A stretch of DNA of 64,000 nucleotides from Trichoplax adhaerens. Lineage: Eukaryota; Animalia; Placozoa. Positions 1 to 12,112 of this stretch are shown in pieces. Under the pieces are notes generated by a model. That model saw nothing but the letters and a program-made list of their open reading frames with translations, was not told the DNA's origin and did no database searches. Position numbers and translations under genes: made by a program. The stretch covers positions 1,784,911 through 1,848,910 of the forward strand of contig NW_002060944.1 in the NCBI RefSeq assembly GCF_000150275.1, in the 5' to 3' direction. The stretch's first letter is position 1. Every line of letters starts with the position of its first letter.

Positions 1-37
1 TTCGCTATTCATAGATTATATTAATAACCTAATTTAG

Positions 38-1565
38 CCTAAAAATAAGGAAAACACTGACAGAACAGATGATCAGCGAATTAATGACTTTTTCAATAGT
101 CCAAGCTTTTTAACAGTATCAGGGCAGCTTCATGCTGAAGCTCTTATGAGGTTTTACTTTACTCATAAATGGTATTGATCAGTAAAAGTAGAATTACAAT
201 AGTATTGACCATTTTTGCTTTGTATTTCAGTTCACTATCACATGTATATACCTTTGGTCCGGCTTTCAGGGCTGAAAAATCTCATACACGCCACCACTTA
301 GCAGAATTTTACATGATCGAAGCTGAATCTACTAGATTCGATAATATGGAAATACTAATCAGTGTGAGTGATCATATGCACCATACTATATATACTCATC
401 CATACATATATATTCTTTTATGCTACTACGAAGTATCGTTTCTTATATCGGTAATAAAAATTTGTGCGCTACTTAGAGTACAGAACACTTCGTTAAAGAA
501 ACTATAAAAAAGTTATTGGTGATATGCCAGGATGACCTAAGCTTATTTGATGGATTTGTTCCTCCAAATCATAAGGTTACATTAAAGATAATATATATTA
601 AATAATACAGCATATCTTGATTTGGGAGACATCTCATTCGAGATTAACACAGACTTTTCATTGGTATATACTTCACAGTCATTGATACTTACTTTCATTT
701 ATAGATAGCCTTGGATGACTTCCTAAATTTCTCATGTACCAGGTGAAGTTAATGCTCTTAGTAAATTCACGCAGGTATTTCCACCCATCTAATATGTTGT
801 TATAATGTTTAGAATGACTTATAAGGACGCAATAAGTGCTTTGGAAGCCACCAGCAAAAAGTTTACCACATATCCTAAGGTGGATTAAATAGAATTTGTT
901 ATGGCTTTGCTCTTTCAATTTTTTATGCTTATGTACATATTTCTATATATCTATTTAGTGGGGCGAAGAATTACAGAGTGATCATGAAAATTATTTGATT
1001 CAAATGAGCGGAAATAAAGGACTTTTTATAACAGATTTTCCTGCTAAATTAAGGCCTTTCTACTGTAGAAAAAATGATGATGACAAAACAGTTAGTGATT
1101 ATCGGTCCTAATTATTAGATCTAATTAACTTATTTAGATTAAGCTGTATTACCACGTTTATTTTAAATAAAGCTAAGTGACTGTACTGGGCTAAATTTAT
1201 ATTAGGTTGCAGCTTTTGACTTTTTAGTGCCTACTATTGGAGAACTAATAGGCGGAAGCCTTCGTGAAGAAAGATTTGATTTATTATTAAACAACATGAA
1301 AACCTTTAATATATCGCAGGAATCCTATTCCTGGTACAATGGATGTCATATTTACTAACCTAAGAGCTAGCCTTCCTTAATGAAGGTATTTATTTAATTA
1401 TATTTATAATTGGTCGCTAGGTATATTGACTTAAGAAGATATGGTACTATCCGTCACGGCGGCTTTGGAATGGGGTTTGAACGATTCCTACAGTTTATCT
1501 TAGGCCTTGCAAATATCCGCGATGTCATGCCATTTCCTAGATATTCTGGATCGTGTAAATTATAA
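38..1565 (+). CDS. NARS2: Mitochondrial asparaginyl-tRNA synthetase, 3' part (multi-exon; gene begins upstream of the window)
   Basis: Spliced exons (38-150, 231-363, ..., 1421-1565) give [45 protein letters not shown] (class II motif 2), [12 protein letters not shown] and [40 protein letters not shown] (motif 3). Stop TAA at 1563-1565. Confidence 0.93.
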
Positions 1566-2305
1566 AAGAGCTAAAGTACAGTTTACGTATGCATTTGCAA
1601 TAACTTATTTTGCGAAACCTAAATATTCATGTTTAGTTTAAAATCTGAAAGCTGCTAGTATTTAAGACTATGCGTATTGTCCTAATGTCATAGTGAAGTT
1701 TGGAACGTCAACGGTAAATTGCACAATGAATTGATAGAAAGATCTACTATTAATGAATATAATTAACTTTTGGACCGGCAGATACATTGTTTACTCTTTT
1801 GATATGTACTACTGCATGTTTCAAAAAAGAAACACAGCTTTGTTGCATAACTTAAATTGCACATTTCTGTTTGCTGATGTATCTGAAACAAATTAAGTCG
1901 TGCGCGAGTAAACGTGAAGATTTACATATATGAAGATATACTCATATCTTTGCTATTGGTATGATGAATAATTAAGTTTTGACTTTTAAAATATCAATAG
2001 TACACTTGATCAACATCATCCAAAAAAGATTCTAAGTTTCTAGGATAAGGTTTAGTTTTTATTGAACCAATAAAATAACTGTATAATCATACTTGGGTTG
2101 AAATGTAATGGCTAATAAGACCTTTGAAATAATTGCTGAATTGCACATGGACATGCATATTACAGGCAGTTATTTAAATACTATGGTACTAGCAGGAAAC
2201 TCATGTTTTTATGAAATGTAGAAAAGAGCAATATTTCAGATATGTCTTTTATATCAGAATATTATTAAAAATATTTAATTGTAAATTCATGAGCATGTGA
2301 TTAAT

Positions 2306-3417
2306 CTATGACTTTGGTTGCGGTCCAGGCATTGACGGTAGCGCCCCCAACCCTTGAGTGCTCGGCCCATAACCAGAAGCGGCTGCATTCGGACCTAAGA
2401 GGATCTGTGATGAAAATAATGTAAATGCTTAATTCCAACAAAAACTTTTAGAGCTGGAGGAAAATTAAGCAAGAACCAAACAATAAAGACGATTGTCTAA
2501 TTCACCTGTCTTTGTTGCTGTAGCTGCTGTTCTTCTACAGTAACACGTTCAATTTCTAACATTACGGGCAAAACAAGCATCATGAATGAAGTACTGGTAA
2601 TCCATATCGCTTTAGATGTGAACCATATTACATTTTTTCCACCTCGCATTGAAAATGTCGCTATTACACTAATAGAATTTTGTACAATTTCTGGAAACAT
2701 ATCGGTTAATCCCCACAATCGTTCACCGATAGTTTCTTCTATGAATTCATCCTCTTCCTTTAGGGATTTAATAAAAGAATTTCAGAAAGTAATAGAGCAC
2801 ATAATGTGTCAACAATATTGCGAGTGAATAGTCACGTTAATGTTAATAATATGTTAAAATAACAGACAGAATAGTTAGAATTATCGTATCGTCAAGGTAT
2901 CGTGCAATGATTTTATGAAGTTTCTACACAAATTTGAGTGTGAACAGTCTGTAAATTCAAGATCGTAAAATAGGCTACTCATGCAGAAAATACCTAGTAA
3001 ATTAAAGTAAGAAAGCGAAAATCAATAATTTGCAATTAATCATATACATCGAAATATACGGTGTTTCAACGCTAGATAAACTGCATGTGTATTTTAGAGA
3101 GATTTGACCTATCTACTATAGCACTATAAATCATCGCAACTCGTCGTTCTGCTGACTCTTGAACGACACGAGACAGCAAGGAATCTCGTAGGATTGAATA
3201 TTGTAATACGCGTAGCCTAATTAAAATCGATTTGCGTCATAACAGAATCGGTAAAGATGCAGAGTATTAACGAATTATATTAAATATTATACATGTGCTG
3301 TGCTTACTATTGTTTTATCCCTTATAATAAATAAACCGAACATGTAAATCTGCGCCTCACCTCAGTTATCGAGTGATTTTGATCATCGGTTTCTGATTCA
3401 CTAATAAAGCTCACCAT
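2306..3417 (-). CDS. TOMM22: Mitochondrial import receptor subunit Tom22 (3 exons: 3417-3361, 2757-2506, 2404-2306)
   Basis: GT-AG spliced product MVSFISESETDDQNHSITE|EEDEFIEETIGERLWGLTDMFPE...WITSTSFMMLVLPVMLEIER...QQRQ|ILLGPNAAASG... contains the Tom22 signatures ERLWGLTxMFP, the TM segment and QILLGP. Confidence 0.95.
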
Positions 3418-3511
3418 CTTGTCATTAGTCCTTGCACCGAACGTGCTGCGATCAACTTGGGACGGTAGCTACGTACTTTGGAGTGCAGCTGTAATGTCAG
3501 CCCGCGTTAAA

Positions 3512-3811
3512 TGTACAGTACAGTACATATGTACAGTACATACAGTATGTACCGTAAGTACTGTACAGTACAGTACAGTACAGTACAGTGTACTGTAGTG
3601 GCAAAAGACTAAAAGAACTGTACAGTACAGTACTGTACTGTACAAGTGCACATGGGCCACTACTGTAGAAGTGAGCAGAGACCATACTGTACTGTACTGT
3701 ACTGTACTGTATGGAAAAGAAGAACTGTACTGTACAGTACCGCAGACTTTCCTGTATTGTACTGTACTGTACTGTACTGTACAGTACAATAAGTGTACAG
3801 TGCAGTACAGC
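3512..3811. repeat. GTAC[A/T] (CAGTA/TACTG) pentamer array 1, in the TOMM22/NAA60 divergent gap
   Basis: Runs such as CTGTACAGTACAGTACAGTACAGTACAGTG (~3561-3590) and TACTGTACTGTACTGTACTGTACTGTA (~3685-3711), interrupted by short unique spacers. Confidence 0.95.
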
Positions 3812-4064
3812 ACATCGTTATAACCACCTTCAATTGAAATACAACGTTAAGTCGGTGATACCATACTAAAGTACTAAAAGGAAGAAATTATTAAATCGTA
3901 AATCATAAAAATACTGTTTCCTCTGTCCATGTCCAATCTCCATTTTACTCGCTACGTCTCCATACGTAGATGGACAAATGAGTGCAACTAATTGAATAAG
4001 TGAAAATGCATGGACAATTGTTAAATAGCTATATTTATGTGTTGCGAAAGCATTTATTGATCTG

Positions 4065-7000
4065 ATGGAAGGCTTAAGTTTTCGGTCTCTGCGATCTGAT
4101 GATTTCAATGAGGTTCAACATGTCTGTCGGTTGTTATTCCCTTTAAAGTAAGTTACGTCGTCGTGTATATTATATATAAGTTACCTTTAACATGATATTA
4201 CAGTACCAGTACATAACCGAACCTTTTACTCTGCGGTTATTACCAAAACACTGCTGTGTATCCGTCATCGTTGTTGAATTTTACTGTTATGTATGGCACA
4301 TGTTGCTATTGGTAGTCCCTGTTGCTAGTCTACTACATTATTGGTTTTGTTTGTTTATTGTGTATTTTTGGGTTTTCCTAATGTTCGTTTGCAACATTGC
4401 AAATGCAGTCTTGAAATTACGGTTCTGTACTTCACGCCTTCTACATACTGTACATTAACAGTATTAGCGTTTACTCACTCTATTGTATGCTAGACAAGCG
4501 AGGTGATGCCATGCAGCTAAAAGAAACTTAGAGGTTTAGTATTTCCTTTCAGCCTATATTTTATTCTCGCCGTCTGTACGCGGTATATCTAACTGATTCG
4601 GAGTCGGTTTTGATTATACTTATTCGAATTTTTAGTGCATTGTAATTTCTTATTTGCGGTTAGTAAATAAATGAATGAATAGGCTTATGACAACTTTCTC
4701 GACTTTACTGGCCTACCTAAGTTGTGTTGAACATTTTTTTTGTCTACTCACAGTAATTAGTTAACCCGTATTTGGCAATTTAAGTGCATTTGGCGTTCAG
4801 ATCTACGTACGCGTATAAATGTGTACATTTACTGATGGCTCTAACAGCTATAGTTTGGGTTCATTTACTAACTTAAACACGAAAAATCACACACTTACTA
4901 CTTATTTTTACCGTTTAGCTACTCTGATGAGTGGTATAGGGATATAACGTCATCGAGTAAGTACTACACAAGAGCAGGAATTGACAATTTATCCAGGATA
5001 ATAGCTCTGATAATTGTCGAAATTAAATCCAAAAACGATTGTCAAAGAGAGGTATATAAAACGATATATCCTTTGTGTTCAATGTGCTGTGCAGTACAGC
5101 AGATATTCTACTGTATTTTGCTGCTTACAGACATACAACTAGTCACTAGGGATCATTTTCTACGTGTACATATATAATATAATAATCCTATATTTCTTTA
5201 AAAAATTTTGGTACATTTTTCGCCAGAGTTCTGCCAACTAAATACAGTCATACAGCACTGTATGTAGCATTGGCTCGATACGAGTATGAATAGTGAACAG
5301 TTTCAGAGCTGATCTGGTATCATGTCATTCATTGTATTACGCACGGATACCTGAATGTTGTGATAGGAAAAGAAACTGTTTTATTATTTCGCTTTAACTA
5401 TATTATTATACCATTTAGTTTTTACTAATCGATCTTGCATACCTAGTTATGCTTTATCTAACAATAAATAAATGAATTGTATTATTTATTCTCTCGGTAT
5501 GCAAGCGTTTTAACCATCCGCTTACGCCCTAAAAGCTATTGTTTACAGTGATAAAATATTACGTTGTAGAACTTCGTATGGATTTACTTGCACAGTACTA
5601 CCGTACTATCAAATTAGAAACGTAATGCGACCAAAGAAGATATCGTCCATTGGAGCAGAAATTTTGTATATACAGTATTTTGTGTTAGGGCGATACTGCA
5701 ACAAATTCTGGCTTATAAAGCTCATAAGGATATCAAACGTTTATAAATAGTGCAAAATGTACAATACAAGAAGCAGTTTGTATGAGGCTCAGCTGTATAG
5801 AATATTGCTATCCAGAGTTAATACCAGGAACCGTGTTGAAAGTTCCTACTATTCTCAATTAATAGGACTAATACTGTACGTGTATATATAGTAATACATC
5901 ATATTAGTACACAATCTAACAAATGTAGCCTAATATATAATATCATCTTACTGTAGTATGCTATGTATGCAATGTTAGCGTGAAAAAATTACTAGAGTAT
6001 AAGTGAATTCTGATCAAAATATACGTACACTAGTACTGTACAATACGTAAATCTCATTATACTGCATAAAACGCAGCTAATCCTAGAACGAGGTGTTTCC
6101 ATCAGCAACGTGGCAGGTATTTATCTACTTTCCCTGCTGTGTAATGATAATGCTAAAGTTGACGATTACGGCTGCAAGGTGCTTGCTATCGAAAATTGCT
6201 CGAAATAAGTATGCGATTATTTATGAACTTATGACTTTCTTCGATCTTAATACGCTTGCAGGACTATGGATTACTTTATGACGATTTATCCGATCAAAAC
6301 GTCGAATTAGCTTATGTACTAAGTTTAGGAGTAATTCCTGATTATCGCCGTTGTGGTATTGGTAAGTTAAACGGTTAAATCTTATAAATGCGTTACAATA
6401 CGAAGCTATACTTCCTATTTTTAGGTGTAGCAAGTACATGGATTTAATAAAAAAATTTTGATATCTCGCTTCTCATCGATTATGTGATTTTAGTTGTCCA
6501 ATTGAATGGATAGTTTCTAGTAATTAATATTCACTAATAACTTTGCAGATAGTAATTTAAATGTTGGCGAGTTAGCATTGATGTAAGGAAGACCCGTTAG
6601 GGTAACGGGCGTTTTATAACCTCATATTACTAAGTGCAGGTTAATTTACAGTTGAATTTATTGATATCATTTAATGATGTTCTATTCTGAATTCATATCA
6701 TGTTTACTTCAGCATCATTTCTTCTAACGAGCCTCATCAGATTTTTAAAGCAAGAGAGACTAGACTGCAAAGCGGTTTACCTTCACGTTTTGACATCAAA
6801 TATCCCAGCTATAAACTTCTATGAATATCACAAGTTTCAATTATTCAAATATTTACCACAATACTACTTAATTAGTAATCAATCCGCAGATGGGTACTGT
6901 TACGTCTGTTATATCAATGGTGGTAAAGGACCAATATTTATAAGAATTACATATCCTTTTAGGCATTTATTGATTAATGCTATAACGGTTCACTTACAGA

Positions 7001-7290
7001 TGTCTGGTGTGATAGTTAAATTAACAAATTACTAAAACAATGGACAATTTCTGTTTCTACGCATAGTTAAGACTGTAATAAATAACGTAATGTAAATGTA
7101 TGAATATGTAGTAAATCGATTATTTTCCATAACATTCCTTAAAAACTTTCTTAAAGGTGTGTACGATATTATAAAGACATTGCAGCCGCTATGCCTAACC
7201 CGATTAAGGAAATCCATTCGAAATATGTGCGAATTGATTACTAATATGTTTAAAAATACATCCAAAGACAGATTTGTTTTCAAAGTCTAA
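4065..7290 (+). CDS. NAA60: N-alpha-acetyltransferase 60 (NatF), GNAT family; exons 4065-4147, 4919-5051, 6262-6361, 6713-6950, ~7134-7290
   Basis: Spliced product MEGLSFRSLRSDDFNEVQHVCRLLFPLN|YSDEWYRDITSS...|...AYVLSLGVIPDYRRCGI|ASFLL...CKAVYLHVLTSNIPAINFYE...YLPQYY...DGYCYVCYINGG matches NAA60 motifs. The last intron appears to be AT-AC, and its 3' boundary is less certain. Confidence 0.92.
6951..7133 (+). other. Putative U12-type (minor spliceosome) AT-AC intron of NAA60
   Basis: ATATCCTTTT begins at 6951, a few codons after the conserved YINGG. An AC at 7132-7133 restores the frame into the terminal ORF ending at 7290. TTTTCCATAAC and TTCCTTAA branch-like words lie at 7123-7142. Confidence 0.7.
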
Positions 7291-7650
7291 CCTCTTTTAA
7301 CACAGGTAATGAGAGTATTAATTACTAATCGTTGCGTAGCGTGTAATTAGCGGTTATTACATCAATTGTTTTTGTATTCATAATCTATGTTCTCAGAGCG
7401 TTTGTTACTTTCATTCACAATGGGTTAATAATTATTATTATTCTTACTTGGTATATTTAAGTACTTTTTTACGATAATACGTAACTAAAACTTCGTTGTT
7501 TATTGTTGTAGCTTAATATAATTATGTTATATTAATTACAAAAATGAACATAACTGTTTCATATGAATCTCGTTATTGCAGCTGCATAACGAGTATATAA
7601 ATTCTATCACCCGAGGTTAATTCGATACGAAATGAAGCCAGCTTTCGTAT

Positions 7651-10600
7651 CTACATTTTTAATGCAAAAAACGCATAACATTTACGTCTCTTATTTATGT
7701 ATTTCCAAATTTCTGCTTCTGGTATATGTTTGCTCGCCTTTAACCTATTCATTATTAGAATAATATTATGTGAGATAGATAAACGTTACAATACGCAGTA
7801 TCATGCTGCACTGATATTCATTAATTTTTTAATTTACAGCAATTCAAAAATGTAGTAAATACTTTTGTAAGCATAGAGAATAAAGTTCCATATTTATTAA
7901 CGTAATTGTAAAGATGTGATAGCCATTTATACTATCTTAGCATTATACACATAGGTAAGCAATCGGGTTTTACATTAATACAATCCTGTATAATACACAT
8001 TCGTAAATTGACGAACAGGTACAGAAAAGCAATTCTACATAAAAACATAGTGATTTAACTTATCACATTTAATTCACGATGTCGTAGTAAGTTGCCTTGA
8101 ACTTAGATCACAGGTATGTGATTAGTCGAGATTTTATAAGTAACTCATCCCTTACCTTGCTAATTCACCAAAATCACCACCTGCAAGTAGAACTATAAAT
8201 AGAGTTTTCGTCTGAAGAGCATTATATATTCTTCCTATATTTTGATCACTTTTTGATAACGCATCCTATGAAGTATAGATAGCTTCTTGGCAAATCGTCC
8301 CAAATAATGACGTTTCGTAAGCTAAACGATTATGCACAGATCTACATAAACTAATAGCGAAAAGCTATGGAATATACAGCAGCGATCACTATAAGAAATA
8401 TTAACTACCCGGATCAACTTACTAAAAATTTTGGACTGCATTCAACCTCTTCGTTGTTTTCAGAGCAGCATGACGCTGGAATAAACATCAGTTTAATGCA
8501 TGATTACGACATTGAAAAAATGATCTAATCCGTGTATATTGGTATGTTGAAACGTACACACTGTGATGCTAGTAATAATTATTACAATACCTTTTCTAAC
8601 TATCGCCGGTTCATGGAGTTGAATCCAAGTAAAATCAGCCATCCCCGAAGAAGCGTTTTTGCAACTTTGTCCCACAATCTTGTATAGAAATTATACTTTA
8701 ATGACATTGCTCTGAACTGGTAGAAGCTCTAAATTGTACTTATAATTAATCTAAGTTTTACCTGATCATCATTGAAACATGGAAAACAATTAGAAGATTC
8801 AGTGTAGTATTGATTTATAACATGATAGTTATCAATTAAAGTTCCTATTGGGAGAGATATAGAAATTTCCTATATTTCTACCTTATATACTGTAACTCTT
8901 TAATAAAAGAAAGACAAGGAGATTTATTTTATGTAAATTATACCTTCCTTATTACATCTTCTTATAACATTAAGTACGCTGTGACACAAAAGAAAATACA
9001 TTGAAATGTTTTACTACATTAGAAACCTCTACTTAAGAAATAAGTGAAAAAAATTGAGACGAAATTGAGAATATAATTAAAGACCTTTCAGAATCGAAAT
9101 TACACCGACCAAATTCTGGACCTATCAAAGTAATTCCTTAAAATTTATATCGACAATCTATAGTATTTTATGTATCAGAAGCTCTTATAACATGCCTTTA
9201 GCAATTCGTAAATGAATCAACTTCATACAGGTAATAGCATCTTCTACCGGAGAATGGCCATTCTCGTTTTCCTGAATTTGGCATCTATGACGTAAATTAA
9301 AGAATAGTCGGTAACAGTTTTCTTTCAAATGTTGCAGAATTTTTGGATAATTAACATCGTAATGATTCTATATCCGCATTTGATATGGTACTACTTATAG
9401 CAATATAAGAATCGAAATACAAAAATACCTACCAAGTTTGAAATAATAGTAGTATCATATATTGATTGCGCAAATAGTCAACTAAAGCTCAATACATACA
9501 AATCAAGCTACTAGACGTTACCCACACGTATTAGACGCTTACTGAAGGTACTCTGAAGCAAGAAATTTTAAACTTGGCTTGCTTGTTGGGCTCTTAGGAT
9601 TAGAAAATTGTACCGATGTGTCGATTATGTTATTCCAGATCATCTAATAAAATTGAATATGTGCCATAGTAAGTTACAATTTATCACATCAATCTCAAAC
9701 GACCATGCCATGAATTTCATAGTCTATATCAGTTACCCGCATTGCACGCAAATCGTTTTCTAAAGAGTGGCCAACCAAAATAGCGTCTTTAGGAAGTGCA
9801 GCTTTTAATAGTTCATGTACGTCGTTTAATCGAATTTTAACACCAATGAGGTCGTCTGAAGTTATGCCACTGTACCTAAATTACATTGCGAGATTTAAGT
9901 GCTGTACATCTGGCTACAGTTAACCAAAAATAAGAGGTTTCAAGCCTATGAATAAATGCAATGTCGTATCGTCTAGAATCATCATGACTCTTTCTTCACG
10001 TACAGTGATGACAATAGTTAGCATAAGTGAGTAACCAAGGAATTTCAACTTTAAAAGACATTTCATAAGAACGTGAGAGCGAGAGTCAAGAAAGTCATAA
10101 AATAATACAGTACCTTGTCCTATAATCAATGATCGGATCATCCGGTAGCACATATGTATCTACGATAACGTTGTAATACTCATCGACTAGGGCCACTCTT
10201 GCAATGGAATCACCGGTATTTGTTAAGCACTATATCGTCAATCGGTTAATGTATTCCAATATCGGAAAAAGGCTAATTAAATTAACTAATGTTACGTAGA
10301 CCGAACTTTACATAAAGAACTCCATATTTGAAAATCACCATTTCACAATCCAGCGCGAACATTGGACTCTTCGGCGTAGCTGACTCATTATGAATAGCGA
10401 AGAAAGCGGCGTCATCCTCTATTTAAAAAAAGGATTTGAGATAATGCTATTCGTTCTAACCTGATATGTTAATAGATACTAGCTACGATCTCGCCATGTA
10501 TATTTTTACACCTTAATTAAAGCGGTAGTAATATTTATGATTTAAAGTATTCCTTCATCGAATAAAGAATATGCACTAAAACTTACCGACATCAACATAA

Positions 10601-11596
10601 CCCGGGAATGCATTGCCACGAAGCTGAGGAATAGTTAGCAAATAGAAATTCCTTTGTGGCAAGTTACAATTCGACACACTCGCAATCGGAGTGATTTCCG
10701 TACCTATTAATTTTGTGATTAGTCATTTCAGTTTAGAACCGTTAATGTTACATGCTAAAGCAAATGAATACACGTAGCAAAGTACGTAGCCTTATATTAA
10801 CATATTGTACAGTATATGTCGAATTAGTAAAAATAATTAATCACCACGAGGCAAAAAAGCGAATTTAGAACAGTACTGTGTTGTGCTATACATGTAGTCT
10901 ATATAGTTTATATGCACGGGTATGTCGATAGATAACCTTTGGCTGCGGGCGTTCTATCGCAATCTATTCGCAGAATTGATCTTTCACAATTTTTTATATA
11001 AGGGGCTTTGGATAAATTACAGAATGGGCCTTCCTACATTGAGTGCAATTACATATGAAACGATATGCAGCGCAACAGCGTATTGTACGTAGCATGATTG
11101 TTAATTAATAAAAGTGCGCAATACGAAATCTACTGTACAAAAAAAGCTTACAGCCTGTCTAATCGATGTAATAATCCCAAAGCAATTTCGATTTTGATTG
11201 TAATCGTCTTCCGTTGCGCCATTAATAGCACACAAAACCACTTTGAGTTGATCCTTATTGGTAATATTGCACCAATAGGGTTTCTTTATAACTCCAGAAG
11301 GTAAAATAATATGCAATATTAATCGTCGTAAATCTAGTAAGCTTCTCCTGCTATCGCCAATTTCCTCAAGGAGAGGAGCGAAGTCTAATTTAGGCTTATA
11401 ATCCAGTTAAAAAAGTGAAGAGAGTTAGTTGATTATACTGTATAAATATAACAGTTCATTACATTTACTATTTTATTTTAGATCGTGGAAAATTATACAT
11501 GTATACGCGTAAGCTCGTCAGTATTAAAAATCCAATATTAGCAAGAATACTGCAGAAAGTACGATATGTACCTTTAATCCCTCCATTAGAAAGCAT
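7651..11596 (-). CDS. REXO5: RNA exonuclease 5 / NEF-sp-like DEDDh 3'-5' exoribonuclease (multi-exon)
   Basis: Exons give the N-terminal REXO5-type segment KKPYWCNITNKDQLKVVLCAING and catalytic motifs PMFALDCEM|CLT...ARVALVD, YSGIT, ILVGHSLENDLRAM, IIDTS and GHSPVEDA. Last exon 7744-7651 ends ...KCYAFFALKM*. The start at 11596 is inferred from splice phase. Confidence 0.85.
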
Positions 11597-11644
11597 AAAG
11601 TTTCTAGTAACGTTAATTCATGATTTCGTTTTTACAGGACGGAC

Positions 11645-11920
11645 ACTGTACAGTGTACAGTGTACAGTACTTACCTACTGTACAGTACACACTTATTATT
11701 ATTATTTATTATTATTATTAACTAATTACAGTACTGTATGCAGTACTGTAATTGCCGGTGTCATAGAAAATTCCCCAAAATTTAGAAAATTTACTGTACT
11801 ATACAGTACAGTGTACTGTACAGTACAGTGCAGCAGTAGTGTACAGTACTAGTGTACAGTACTGTACAGTACTGTACTAGTGTACTGTACTGTACTGCAC
11901 TACCGTACAGTACCACTGTA
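11645..11920. repeat. GTAC[A/T] pentamer array 2, in the REXO5/MAD1L1 divergent gap
   Basis: Examples: ACTGTACAGTGTACAGTGTACAGTAC (~11645-11670) and GTGTACAGTACTGTACAGTACTGTACTAGTGTACTGTACTGTACTGCAC (~11852-11900). Confidence 0.95.
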
Positions 11921-12112
11921 GAAAATACTGCATTAGTTCTCGTAGTTGTCAGTAAACACGACAGGTAGTGTTTCAAAGTGCTGTCTTGCTAAAAGTGAGG
12001 TCTCCCTCTATTCCGTTAAAATATGCTCGTACTTCGTCCTGAAACTTAGAATTTATATTTATCATAATAATAAAATCACTCATATATATGTAATTAGGTA
12101 ATAACAACGAAG

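Noticed and set aside
3469-3813. ORFs rich in YSTVQ/YCTVL (also 11499-11976, 25058-25264, 36088-36288, 47406-47973, 54826-55156)
   Set aside because: They are translations of the stop-free GTAC[A/T] repeat in several frames and on both strands, with no evidence of coding function.
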